Positions 34,329 through 42,869 of a stretch of DNA of 42,869 nt are shown piece by piece. Numbering within the stretch: the stretch's first letter is position 1; each line of letters opens with the position of its first letter. Source of the stretch: a virus (lineage: Duplodnaviria; Caudoviricetes); the IMG/VR virus record IMGVR_UViG_3300028588_000040, positions 1-42,869 of that record; one strand, given 5' to 3'. A program made the translations under genes and the position numbers. A model generated the notes under the pieces. It was not told the origin of the DNA. It ran no database searches and saw nothing but the letters and a program-made list of their open reading frames with translations.

Positions 34329-35834
34329 TTAAGGTACATAATTTATAACAGCCGCTTTATTTGTTGTTGCCCAAACTAAATCAGCATCCGGCGCACCAGC
34401 GTTAACAGTTGCTAAACTTGATTTAACCGTTATTTGAAAACCATTTTTAACTCTCCTAAAAACTTGCTCATCTGTATTTACTGTATTTCCTAAAACCGCA
34501 CACTTTGGAGCATAAAATGAATTTAATGGCATTGTGTAGGCTCCAAAAGATGAAAACAAATTAATCCCAACACTTGTAACTTCTTGCGTATTAAGAGTAG
34601 TTAATTGAGGGCAATTGAAAAAAGAATAATCGCCCAATCTATTAGCTAACGGCAAATTCACGTTTTTAACATTTATGCAATTGAATAGCATATAATTTGG
34701 AACATTCTGTAAAATTGGAAAATCAACAATATTAAAATTAACTGATGAACACGAATCAAAAGCATTTATACCAACTGTTACCAGATAATTTAAAGTTCCT
34801 AAATTTGGTAATTTAGCACAACCCCTAAACGCATAATCCCCAATAGTAGAAACGCCGCTTAATGATATATTTTCCAAATTTGGGCAATTATCAAAAGAAT
34901 ATTGCCCAATATTTTTAACTAATGGCAAATCAACCGTTACCAATGTTTGTATATTTCTAAAATTGAACGTGTTTAAATTTACTATTTTAGGCAAACTTAC
35001 ATTTACTAACCTCGTATTGTTGAAATTTGAAGTATCTATTGTTGTTACTTCTGGGAAATATATGCTATTCAACAAAGTGCAATCTGTAAATGTGTTGTAA
35101 GATATTGAGGTTACATTAGGAAATGAAACGTTTAAAAGCTTACTACAACTTCTAAACATCTGCGCTACAATAGACGTAATTAAAGGCAAACTTACAGATA
35201 CTAATGAGGTGCAACTTAAAAAAGTACTATTTCCCGTTATTGTAACTAAATTTGGATAACTCACCGAAACCAAAGAACTGCAACCAGAAAAATGACTCCC
35301 ACCCAATTTATTGATTAACGGTGTATTTACAGTTACTAATTTGGTACAGTTAGTAAAAAAATTTCCACTCCCGTAAAAATTATCTAAAACCGGAGCATTA
35401 AAACTTAACATTTCCGGATTGCCCCAAAAAGGCTGGTTTCCTACGTTTTTCAAATTAGGAAAATTGAAATTTTTAACCCTACAATTATTAAAATTTCCCT
35501 CTGCCATGCTGACAACCCCTTCCAATTTACACTCCGTAAATGAGGTGCAATTTTGAAAAGAATAATTCGTCAATGCGATACATAAATTATCCTCATCTTT
35601 AAAATATGTAATTTCCGTATTATTCCTAAAAGCTTGTTGAGCCATTGTGTAAGTGCCTGTTATTGTTGCCCTAACTTCCAAACCAGAAACCTCAAAAAAA
35701 GTAATTCTACTTGCTGCAATACCTAATTTTGTGGCCAGCAATGCCGCCGTTGTTATCGTTGCACCAACTCCGCCAATTATTGTATTTGCGCCTTTGTAAT
35801 CTCTCCCAAAAATCATTAATTTTCCCGACCTCAT
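34329..35834 (-). CDS. BspA-like leucine-rich repeat (LRR_5) protein, putative receptor-binding protein
   Basis: Many F..C..L..V.LP.V..IG repeats of about 22 aa. Confidence 0.85.
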   Translation of the reverse strand: MRSGKLMIFGRDYKGANTIIGGVGATITTAALLATKLGIAASRITFFEVSGLEVRATITGTYTMAQQAFRNNTEITYFKDEDNLCIALTNYSFQNCTSFTECKLEGVVSMAEGNFNNCRVKNFNFPNLKNVGNQPFWGNPEMLSFNAPVLDNFYGSGNFFTNCTKLVTVNTPLINKLGGSHFSGCSSLVSVSYPNLVTITGNSTFLSCTSLVSVSLPLITSIVAQMFRSCSKLLNVSFPNVTSISYNTFTDCTLLNSIYFPEVTTIDTSNFNNTRLVNVSLPKIVNLNTFNFRNIQTLVTVDLPLVKNIGQYSFDNCPNLENISLSGVSTIGDYAFRGCAKLPNLGTLNYLVTVGINAFDSCSSVNFNIVDFPILQNVPNYMLFNCINVKNVNLPLANRLGDYSFFNCPQLTTLNTQEVTSVGINLFSSFGAYTMPLNSFYAPKCAVLGNTVNTDEQVFRRVKNGFQITVKSSLATVNAGAPDADLVWATTNKAAVINYVP

Positions 35835-35836
35835 AA

Positions 35837-36739
35837 CTAAACTTTTGTTTCACCTTCAATTACTACAACTGTGCTCGCACCATCTTTGTAAATGGTAGTC
35901 ATTTTATACGGGTCCTGTTTTTTGCCTTTTTGAGCATCTTGACCAACTCCAGAAGCGTAAACGTATTCCGCTGTAAAATTTGAGGTTCTTGTTACACATT
36001 CAAATTCCGCCATTAAAACGGCCGGAATAGTTATTATAACATTTGCTTTTATTTTTAATAATTTCTTGTGATGAGTATTATTTAAAGTTGTGTTTTCGGT
36101 AATATTTACCTGCTCTAACTCTTTGTAATCTGGAACCTCTTTTATAAACTTGAAAAATAAATAGCCTTGACCCGCCCCGGCAATGTACTCATTTAGCTCA
36201 TTTGAAATCACATCGTAACCCGTTGCGGTTTTTGTAACACTATAATTATAGCCATTATATAAAACTCCCTCCGCCTCCTCTGGAAATTGCGGCATAACTA
36301 AACTAGAACTTTCCGAAAATTTAAGCCTTAATATTCCCGGCAAAATTTCAAAAAATATAAAATTGGTATTCACATTGTTAATAAAATTACCGTTTCCGAT
36401 TTTTATTTTATTTCCCAATACGTCTATAATGGCCGGAACCGGAGCCAATTTTATTAACTCCCCGTTAGTAACCCGGTTTTGCAAATTAAACATATCCTCA
36501 CCCGTAACATTGTTTTCATGGATGTAAGCCAAAAGCTCTATTTCATTTGGAATTAAAAAATAAATCCCCGCATCATCATTAACATAAGCTTCCAATCCTT
36601 CCGGCGTTTCTCCCAATCTGAAAATTTGGCCGGTATCGGAACGGATTATTTTTGGGGCGCTGCCGGCATCCCGGACAAACGCATCTATATAATCCGGACC
36701 GTTCCAATACCAAATATTTTTATTTCCTTCAACTAGCAT
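35837..36739 (-). CDS. Putative tail fibre/adaptor-like protein
   Basis: C-terminal NITENTTL..H..LLKI..VIITIP..VIEGE domain resembles phage fibre C-termini; precedes LRR gene. Confidence 0.5.
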   Translation of the reverse strand: MLVEGNKNIWYWNGPDYIDAFVRDAGSAPKIIRSDTGQIFRLGETPEGLEAYVNDDAGIYFLIPNEIELLAYIHENNVTGEDMFNLQNRVTNGELIKLAPVPAIIDVLGNKIKIGNGNFINNVNTNFIFFEILPGILRLKFSESSSLVMPQFPEEAEGVLYNGYNYSVTKTATGYDVISNELNEYIAGAGQGYLFFKFIKEVPDYKELEQVNITENTTLNNTHHKKLLKIKANVIITIPAVLMAEFECVTRTSNFTAEYVYASGVGQDAQKGKKQDPYKMTTIYKDGASTVVVIEGETKV

Positions 36740-37400
36740 CCTTTTTACTATTTTTGGCTCTTTGGGCCTGTTTTTTTAAAGTTTCCTTTTTTCTCTTAAA
36801 CTCCGCCTCAATATCCACTCTATCCTCCGCCGTGTAAGTTGTGTTTTTCTTAAACGCCTCCTCCAGATTTTTCACCCTCTCCGTTGTAGTGGCTTTTTTT
36901 ACATTTTCAATAACAAAATCTTTTGCATTAAAAGACGGCTTTACAATCATTCCCTCCGGGATCGTTCCCACCTCCTCAATTTCTTTTTCAACCGTTTTGA
37001 CGGTTTTCTTTTGGTTTATTGTTGCGCCTTGTGCCAAAGCCGCTTTAATTTCCTCCGCACTTGCTATTCCGTGAGTTATTCCAATCCCGGCCAGAGCGCA
37101 AGCCCTCCCAACCGCTGACGTTTCCGCATTCTCCAAAGCTGACGTATTATTTACATCCCCCGCAATTTTATTCTCATATTCTTTGGCGCTTGCCTTATAA
37201 ATATTTTCCTCCCCATCCTCTTTAATCGTAAGCGTTGCGGTAACTATCCATAGCTTTAAACCTTCAATAAATTGAAATTCCGTGCTAATGCTATATGCAA
37301 AATTCTCCGCTAAAAACTTAATTCTCTCTTTAACTTCGGTGTATTTTCCGCCGTTTGGAATATCGATGCTCGATAATTCGCTAGTCCTTTTTATTGCCAT
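36729..37400 (-). CDS. Single-strand annealing protein (Rad52/Sak-like)
   Basis: YTEVKERI..NNTSALENAETSAVGRA..GIG..IASAEE. Confidence 0.75.
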   Translation of the reverse strand: MAIKRTSELSSIDIPNGGKYTEVKERIKFLAENFAYSISTEFQFIEGLKLWIVTATLTIKEDGEENIYKASAKEYENKIAGDVNNTSALENAETSAVGRACALAGIGITHGIASAEEIKAALAQGATINQKKTVKTVEKEIEEVGTIPEGMIVKPSFNAKDFVIENVKKATTTERVKNLEEAFKKNTTYTAEDRVDIEAEFKRKKETLKKQAQRAKNSKKDAS

Positions 37401-37662
37401 TTCCTTTAATTATTTCAGTTTTATAAATCTCAATTTGGTAATCCTCCGTAGCCTTGAAAAATCGGGCCTTTGTCTTAATTTCCGTGTTTACGGTAAAATA
37501 GCTCAAATCAATCCCTTTTTCCTCTTTAAAGTGTTTTATCAAAATTGCCAAACTCCCGAAGCTTTTAACTTCTTTTCGCAACGTTTCACCTTTTTTCCAA
37601 ATTACAACGTGAGTATTTTGGGTTTGCTTTTTAGCAATTTTTTTCTTTTTTACCGTTTCCAT
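37381..37662 (-). CDS. Hypothetical basic protein
   Basis: 93 aa, first gene after promoter. Confidence 0.65.
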   Translation of the reverse strand: METVKKKKIAKKQTQNTHVVIWKKGETLRKEVKSFGSLAILIKHFKEEKGIDLSYFTVNTEIKTKARFFKATEDYQIEIYKTEIIKGNGNKKD

Positions 37663-37691
37663 TTTTTTAGTTTTTATATTAGTTATAATTG

Positions 37692-37725
37692 CAAATATAA
37701 TTATTATTTCTTTACAAAAGCTAAT
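37692..37725 (-). promoter_or_regulatory. Boxed promoter
   Basis: GAAATAATAAT-TATATTTG. Confidence 0.7.
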
Positions 37726-37755
37726 ATAATTTTATTCAATCGAGGGATTAATATT

Positions 37756-37788
37756 ACGATCAACGAGGAATTTCCCCCCGCTGATCGT
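37756..37788 (-). other. Long RNA hairpin without U-tract
   Basis: ACGATCAGCGGGG/CCTCGTTGATCGT; G-U pairs fit the minus strand only. Confidence 0.55.
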
Positions 37789-37812
37789 TTTTTTGCATTA
37801 TCACAAACATTT

Positions 37813-38721
37813 TTACTTTTTTTTGTTTGCTTGCCAAGTTAATGACGTGGTTTGTATTTTTTTCGCCACCCCGTTTTTTTGCTCGTTTACTTTGGCAACA
37901 TCCACGGCATCAATTTTTTTCTGCAAAACGTTTGAATAAATCCATTTTGGCGGGTTTCCTTTTTCGTAAAATTTACCGCTTTCGCTCTCCGCTTCTTGAC
38001 AAGCCGCCGCCTCAATCATTTGCTTAACCTGGTCCTTAATTTTTTCTTTTTCTTCCTTAAACTTTTTCTCCAGCCTATCTAATTTTGAATATCTGGCCAA
38101 CAAATTATCATCCTCCATCTCCAGCGTTTCCACATAATCATACTCCGCCATTTCCTTCAACGCTTTTTTAATTCGTTTTTCCATATTGGTCAAATCTGAC
38201 TTTTTAAGCTTTCTTTCAAAACTCTCAAATTTTCCCGTAAACTCAACCTCTTTGCTGTCTTTTTTCTTGATAACCTCAAACCAATCTAAAAAGCATTTCG
38301 CCGGCTTTTCTGCCCCGTTGTAGCTGTCAATAAGTCCGTAAAAAGCTAACTGCCCATGCAAATCCACTTTTTTCTGATCCCACGGCAAAGAACCCGTTTT
38401 ATACTCCCGGAAAATCTCGAAACCGGTTGCAGTATCTTTAAATCCCAATAGCTTCAAATCCGGGAAAAAATCATTAGGAAATAACGCCTCAATCCGAGCC
38501 TCCATAACATCGCATTTTTGAAGATACGGGAGCATTGAATCAATAATTAAATCCTCACTCTCATCATTTTCCACGGCCTCCGCAAATTCTTTTCCTTTTT
38601 TCAAATGCTTTGTTTCAAACATTTTTTCTCCTAAAACATAGCGTTTCCACCATGATTTTTTACTACTTTCCCACAAAGTCAATGAACTCCAGCTTAAATG
38701 CTCCTTTGGTAAACTTTTCAT
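37813..38721 (-). CDS. PD-(D/E)XK (Cas4/RecB-like) exonuclease
   Basis: LSWSSL, GFKD, EYKTG, QLAFY motifs. Confidence 0.85.
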   Translation of the reverse strand: MKSLPKEHLSWSSLTLWESSKKSWWKRYVLGEKMFETKHLKKGKEFAEAVENDESEDLIIDSMLPYLQKCDVMEARIEALFPNDFFPDLKLLGFKDTATGFEIFREYKTGSLPWDQKKVDLHGQLAFYGLIDSYNGAEKPAKCFLDWFEVIKKKDSKEVEFTGKFESFERKLKKSDLTNMEKRIKKALKEMAEYDYVETLEMEDDNLLARYSKLDRLEKKFKEEKEKIKDQVKQMIEAAACQEAESESGKFYEKGNPPKWIYSNVLQKKIDAVDVAKVNEQKNGVAKKIQTTSLTWQANKKK

Positions 38722-38732
38722 AATACTGCTTT

Positions 38733-38975
38733 TTACTTATTAATAATTTCTAATTGTCCCAAATCCTCTGCATCAATTTCCATCAATGTTTTTTTCCCTT
38801 TTGCATAAACGGTCAAAATAATTTTACCGTCCTTTTTTCTCTCGTTAACCTCATACTCAATCCCAGCCAAAACCGGATTAATTTTAATATCCGCATCCGT
38901 GTTTTTATACCTATAAAAATCCGCTGGTAAATCTTTAAACTCTTTTTGATCAGTTCCAATCGCCATAATATACAT
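38733..38975 (-). CDS. Hypothetical protein
   Basis: 80 aa ORF. Confidence 0.6.
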   Translation of the reverse strand: MYIMAIGTDQKEFKDLPADFYRYKNTDADIKINPVLAGIEYEVNERKKDGKIILTVYAKGKKTLMEIDAEDLGQLEIINK

Positions 38976-38977
38976 TT

Positions 38978-39145
38978 TTAAGATTTTGCAATTAATTTTA
39001 CACGTTCAGCTATAATTTTCGACCCCTCCGGCGTTAACATTTCGGCTTTTGCTTGCTCTGGGCTTGCGCCGTTGGCAACACACTGTTTAAAATATTCAAA
39101 TCCTATTTGATTTACCGCTAATTGAATTTTAATTTCGTTTGACAT
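38978..39145 (-). CDS. 55-aa protein, paralogue B (not in ORF track)
   Basis: MSNEIKIQLAVNQIGFEYFKQCVANGASPEQAKAEMLTPEGSKIIAERVKLIAKS. Confidence 0.8.
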   Translation of the reverse strand: MSNEIKIQLAVNQIGFEYFKQCVANGASPEQAKAEMLTPEGSKIIAERVKLIAKS

Positions 39146-39175
39146 GATTTTTATTTTTTAATTTGTTATCTGGTA

Positions 39176-39235
39176 CAAATATAATACTTATTTTAATATA
39201 AACAATAAAATACTTATTATTTTTATAATTATTTC
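39176..39235 (-). promoter_or_regulatory. Boxed promoter with upstream boxes
   Basis: TTG-TTTATATTAAAATAAGTAT-TATATTTG. Confidence 0.75.
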
Positions 39236-39243
39236 ATGCCAAT

Positions 39244-39272
39244 AAAAAAAGCCCCTTAAAAATAGGGGCTTT
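39244..39272 (-). terminator. Terminator at end of lysis cassette
   Basis: AAAGCCCCT..AGGGGCTTTTTTT. Confidence 0.8.
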
Positions 39273-39293
39273 GCATATCAATAAATTTTTAAC

Positions 39294-39797
39294 TTATCCT
39301 TGAAATTTTCTTTTGAATATCCCCCGGAGCCACAAATAAAGCAACAAAGCATTTACGGCCAACGAAATAACCAAATATATCCAATACCTAAAAGGCACAA
39401 CCTCAATTATTTTAACTTCCTTATCCTTTTCGGTTCGTTCTTTTTTATTATTAACCTCTTTGTTTCTATTACTAACCTTGTCAGTTGATACAATGGCCGG
39501 TAAATCAATTTCTACCTGTATATCTCCAACGCTATCCGTATAAACCCTAACTTTCCCCCGACCCGTAACAAATAGCTTATCAAACGGCTTTATTTTGCCT
39601 TTTTCATCACATGGCTCTTTGATCACTATTTTTTCAATGATTGGAGGCGATACGGTTTCTTTTTCTTTTTCGGTGTTATTTTCAACCGTCGAATTGCTTT
39701 CAATCACATTAACCTCTTTTTCATTTGTCTGGCTTTTTTTTGCCCTACAACCGATTACCAAAACTACTAATACTAAACACACTAAAATTTTTTTCAT
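39294..39797 (-). CDS. Unimolecular spanin (putative)
   Basis: Lipobox VIGC after MKK-hydrophobic; C-terminal TM; follows endolysin. Confidence 0.75.
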   Translation of the reverse strand: MKKILVCLVLVVLVIGCRAKKSQTNEKEVNVIESNSTVENNTEKEKETVSPPIIEKIVIKEPCDEKGKIKPFDKLFVTGRGKVRVYTDSVGDIQVEIDLPAIVSTDKVSNRNKEVNNKKERTEKDKEVKIIEVVPFRYWIYLVISLAVNALLLYLWLRGIFKRKFQG

Positions 39798-39798
39798 A

Positions 39799-40329
39799 TT
39801 ATTTTCTTTTTGGAAGTTTTGCAACTTTCCCGTTAATAGCTTCTTGAATTTTAACATAAGCCGGTATTACGTCAAAACTCGGACATTCTTTTATACGTTC
39901 CCAGCTTTCAATTTTTCCGCTCCCGTTTTGGTCCGGGCTAAAATCTCGATGCCCCAAAATTGTTACATTGCTGCAATCATTTCCATTTTCCCGGAGCCAT
40001 TCTATAACCTTTACAATTTCATTATCCATCGTAATTTTTTGCGCCTCCGTTCTGGTATCTTTTCCTTTCCAAATCGGTTTTTGCTTTGTTCCAACATTCT
40101 CAACTCCTCCTATGTAACAAATATTAATTGTTTCAGAATTAAAACCCTTTACTCCGTTTGAGTTCTGATCTAATGGAACTAAATAATGAGGCTCTCCCTC
40201 CAAATCAATTAAAACATGGTAGCCATCAACTTCCCATCCCATACTTTTCCAAAATTTCCTAATTGCTTCAACGCCAGAAAATCCAGCGGAACAATGTAAT
40301 GCGATAAACTTAATTTTCTTCGCTCTCAT
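39799..40329 (-). CDS. Endolysin, N-acetylmuramoyl-L-alanine amidase (Amidase_2, T7-like)
   Basis: LHCSA, GYH, ICYIGG, GHRD, KECPSF. Confidence 0.93.
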   Translation of the reverse strand: MRAKKIKFIALHCSAGFSGVEAIRKFWKSMGWEVDGYHVLIDLEGEPHYLVPLDQNSNGVKGFNSETINICYIGGVENVGTKQKPIWKGKDTRTEAQKITMDNEIVKVIEWLRENGNDCSNVTILGHRDFSPDQNGSGKIESWERIKECPSFDVIPAYVKIQEAINGKVAKLPKRK

Positions 40330-40825
40330 TTTTTTCTTTTTTTCCTGTTAAATCCTCAACTTTTAAATTATTCTCAAAATTTGTAATCCTATCGATCCAC
40401 GATTTAGGCGGAAATTTCCCCCCGGATAATATTGACGAGTTTCTAAATGCGGACCCGGCCGGATAAAGAAAAACTATTAATCTTAAAACCGTTAAAATAT
40501 ATGCGGTAATAAAGCTCTCCTTTACAATGATTGCACCAACTCCCTCAAACAACAAACCCACCAGCACAACTAAACCGGTTTTTGTCAAAAGTCCTTTTGC
40601 ATTTGCTTTTATGGTAAAATCCTTTTTGAAAAATTTATGTACAATCGATCCTAAAGCGTGATCTATTGATATTGCAAAAAAAACAAATGTAACATACTCT
40701 TGATTTGTTGCCCACCATCTATAAAAAAACTCAATCAATGAAAAAGGCATACCAAGCGTAAAACCTAGTATTATATGACTTTTAAATTTAATGAATAAAC
40801 CTTTCATTACCGCTAATTTTATCAT
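40310..40825 (-). CDS. Holin (putative)
   Basis: Several TM segments, IDHALG motif; precedes endolysin. Confidence 0.7.
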   Translation of the reverse strand: MIKLAVMKGLFIKFKSHIILGFTLGMPFSLIEFFYRWWATNQEYVTFVFFAISIDHALGSIVHKFFKKDFTIKANAKGLLTKTGLVVLVGLLFEGVGAIIVKESFITAYILTVLRLIVFLYPAGSAFRNSSILSGGKFPPKSWIDRITNFENNLKVEDLTGKKEKNESEEN

Positions 40826-41351
40826 TCTCTTTTGTTTCTTTTAGAAGTAAAAATAATCCCCCCACGGTTTGCAAATCTGTTTTTTATATTGCAAAATTTT
40901 TCATATTCCGGATAATTTTCTTTTTTTATTTCCGGCTCCAAATTCATATACTCTGTGAACTGTCCCATAAAAGTATTACCAGAGTTTAAAAAATTATCTC
41001 TCAAAACATTCCTCTCATCTTTTGAAACGGTTCCGGAAAATTCGGTTGACGGCTTTTGACCTCCTTTGTTGGTAATTTGCAAAAACGTTTCTGGTATAAT
41101 CTCATAAACTACAAAATAAGCTAATGCCGGCTAATGAAATTATCCAACAAATATTTAATATTTTCGCTCAACTCGCTTTCCTCTCCGCTAAATTCCTCAC
41201 ATACCCTCTCATAAAGCTTTTCCGTTAAAACCGGCTTAATGTAGTTTATTTGCGAAATTAATATTTTATTTGGCTTTATTTTTTTGGGCAAAAAATCCTT
41301 ATCCAATGCAATCTCAATAATTTCCTCCGGCGTAATTAAATTTTTACTCAT
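40822..41351 (-). pseudogene. Head-tail adaptor-like gene split by a 1-nt frameshift
   Basis: Adding one A near 41132 (ATT AAG CCG) joins both ORFs as ..FIKPALAYFVVYE..QITNKG, ~176 aa; follows portal. Confidence 0.65.
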
Positions 41352-42594
41352 CTTTTTTAGTTTTTTCAGAGTTTGAAATTGTCCCCAAATATTGTTGCTG
41401 CTCCGGATCGTTTTCGTCGAAATCTAACCCGTCAAGTTTTCTAGCTTCCCAAATTTTCATATATTTAGGCTTTACTTTTATAGGCGGTTTATTTATAAAA
41501 TCCAAATCCTCCGCATCCAATCCAATAACATCCCTCAAAATTTGCTTATACAATTCCAAATATACATTTTGTTTGTCCAAAATTACGGTATTTAAAAGCA
41601 TTTGGTACTCATTTAATAATTTATCCGTATCAAAACCAGATGTATCGTTAAATCCGGAAAATGCCCGGCTCCAATTGTGCGCAATAATTAAATCCTGCCC
41701 CGCTTGTGCGTGTAATTTTGTCCAATCCCCCTCCTCATTCGTACTCAAAGAAACAAATTTCGTCCCTTCGCTTGCTCCTCCGGATTTGGCTATAAACAAA
41801 ACTTTTCCGGTATTTCCCTCGCCGGTAAATTCCTCATCAAACTCATCTTTTAAATCCGCTGCCTCCTCCTCATTGTTAAATTCTCCATCAACAATTAAAA
41901 CACCCGATCCTTTAAACGAATTATCCAGCCTTGAAATATTCCAAGTATCTGTTTTATATGCAATCCCGCTCACTTGCATCCCGGCTATCCAATCGGGTAC
42001 TCCGTAATTTTTAAACGTTGGCTCATATTCTTTTACATGAATCATTGACCTATATAAACCATCCTCACAAAGCGTAAATTCTGGGTAAATGCTCAAAACT
42101 AACGCATCCTCTTTCTCTCCCTCGTAATTTTCCCAATTTGGGTGCATCACTATTTTATTTCCCTCTCTATGCTTACGGCATTCCGTCGCATCTACATGAT
42201 AAATATTTACATAGCTTTTTTTACCATCCGTTACCAATTGAAAAAAACAATTTCCAAAATCCAAATCATCCGAAATTAATTTAGATGTAACTTTTCTCAA
42301 AGTTTCATTGTTTGCATTGCAGCAATCGACAAAGCTTTTTAAATCTAAATTCTTATCATCATAATTAAATCCATCACCTAGCAAAAAACGCTTTTTTCTT
42401 CTTAATATACCACGGTTTACGGTTGCTTTTCTGTTTAACCTAGCAATTGCCTCCATAAACAAATTATCACTCCCAAAGGGTATATAATCCCTCGCCTCCA
42501 AAATGTATTTTTGTGGCCGGTCCTTATCAACAAAAGGCAAAGATGTACTTATAACTTTTGCCTTTACAAATCCTTTTTTTTCACTTTTTTTCAC
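41344..42594 (-). CDS. Portal protein
   Basis: YIPFGSDNLF, FGNCF, YGVPDW, GEGNTGK, IIAH motifs; GTG start. Confidence 0.85.
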   Translation of the reverse strand: MKKSEKKGFVKAKVISTSLPFVDKDRPQKYILEARDYIPFGSDNLFMEAIARLNRKATVNRGILRRKKRFLLGDGFNYDDKNLDLKSFVDCCNANNETLRKVTSKLISDDLDFGNCFFQLVTDGKKSYVNIYHVDATECRKHREGNKIVMHPNWENYEGEKEDALVLSIYPEFTLCEDGLYRSMIHVKEYEPTFKNYGVPDWIAGMQVSGIAYKTDTWNISRLDNSFKGSGVLIVDGEFNNEEEAADLKDEFDEEFTGEGNTGKVLFIAKSGGASEGTKFVSLSTNEEGDWTKLHAQAGQDLIIAHNWSRAFSGFNDTSGFDTDKLLNEYQMLLNTVILDKQNVYLELYKQILRDVIGLDAEDLDFINKPPIKVKPKYMKIWEARKLDGLDFDENDPEQQQYLGTISNSEKTKKDE

Positions 42595-42619
42595 GGATCA
42601 AAAATTTAATTTTGTTATT

Positions 42620-42649
42620 AAAAAAAGAGGCTTTTTAAAGCCTCTTTTT
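42620..42649 (-). terminator. Intrinsic terminator
   Basis: AAAAAGAGGCTTT..AAAGCCTCTTTTTTT. Confidence 0.75.
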
Positions 42650-42650
42650 C

Positions 42651-42827
42651 TTATTTTTCAATTATTTCCAGAGGAACGTTTTTTTTAATTAAGCGTTCGG
42701 CATCCTTCACGCTTAAATTTTTATTCAAAATAACTTTTCCTCCAGAATCCCAAACCTCTGTATTTTCCCAATCTTTCGGTATTAACACGGTTTTATTTTT
42801 CTCTTTTTCTCCCGGATTATCTTTCAT
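42651..42827 (-). CDS. 58-aa hypothetical protein after tail tube gene (start lies in the terminal overlap)
   Basis: MKDNPGEKEK..VPLEIIEK; ATG also at position 85. Confidence 0.65.
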   Translation of the reverse strand: MKDNPGEKEKNKTVLIPKDWENTEVWDSGGKVILNKNLSVKDAERLIKKNVPLEIIEK

Positions 42828-42869
42828 TTTTGAAATTTTAAATTAAACCTCCGTATCTAACGGCACAGT
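42744..42869. repeat. Terminal overlap copy 2
   Basis: Identical to 2-127. Confidence 0.95.

Noticed and set aside
34329-35834. Diversity-generating retroelement target
   Set aside because: No reverse transcriptase and no TR/VR pair with adenine-specific differences seen
37813-38721. CRISPR-Cas system via Cas4-like nuclease
   Set aside because: No array or other cas genes; proximity to SSAP indicates a recombination exonuclease
38978-39145. Duplicate as a DGR template/variable repeat
   Set aside because: Differences are mostly synonymous and not adenine-specific; both copies are intact ORFs
291-42688. Plus-strand ORFs in the track (e.g. 4941..5666, 37282..37842, 39595..40161)
   Set aside because: Antisense shadows of Lys/Glu-rich minus-strand genes, Phe/Ser/Leu-rich with no motifs
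1-42869. Alternative genetic code (stop-codon reassignment)
   Set aside because: Long genes are intact in code 11, and TAG/TGA stops abut next-gene starts

Overview
The window looks like one complete, circularly assembled ~42.74 kb tailed phage genome (siphovirus-like). Bases 2-127 recur at 42744-42869, and essentially every credible gene is on the minus strand. Repeated TAnnTTTG (-7) / TTG (-33) promoters, AT-rich translation starts and the protein types point to a Bacteroidota host, probably Flavobacteriaceae. Recognisable modules: head (ClpP-like protease-scaffold, major capsid, portal, frameshifted adaptor), tail (tube, G/GT chaperones, completion proteins, tip proteins, tape measure), lysis (holin, amidase, u-spanin), TerS/TerL, recombination/replication (PD-(D/E)XK nuclease, Rad52/Sak-like SSAP, initiator, loader, NinB, HNH), a C5 methyltransferase with ASCH, and many small ORFs. 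No integrase or CI-like repressor was recognised. The most intriguing signals are regulatory. One promoter class carries an AAATAATAAT box. Two box-less promoters instead drive structured leaders ending in terminators, and the leader before the head operon has a riboswitch/attenuator-like terminator-antiterminator layout. Other notable items: an exosortase-type sorting-signal miniprotein, an apparently split sliding clamp, a tail tube protein with a membrane leader, a duplicated early miniprotein, a TerS-HTH paralogue and strong CCGG enrichment. All calls were made by eye with no database searches.
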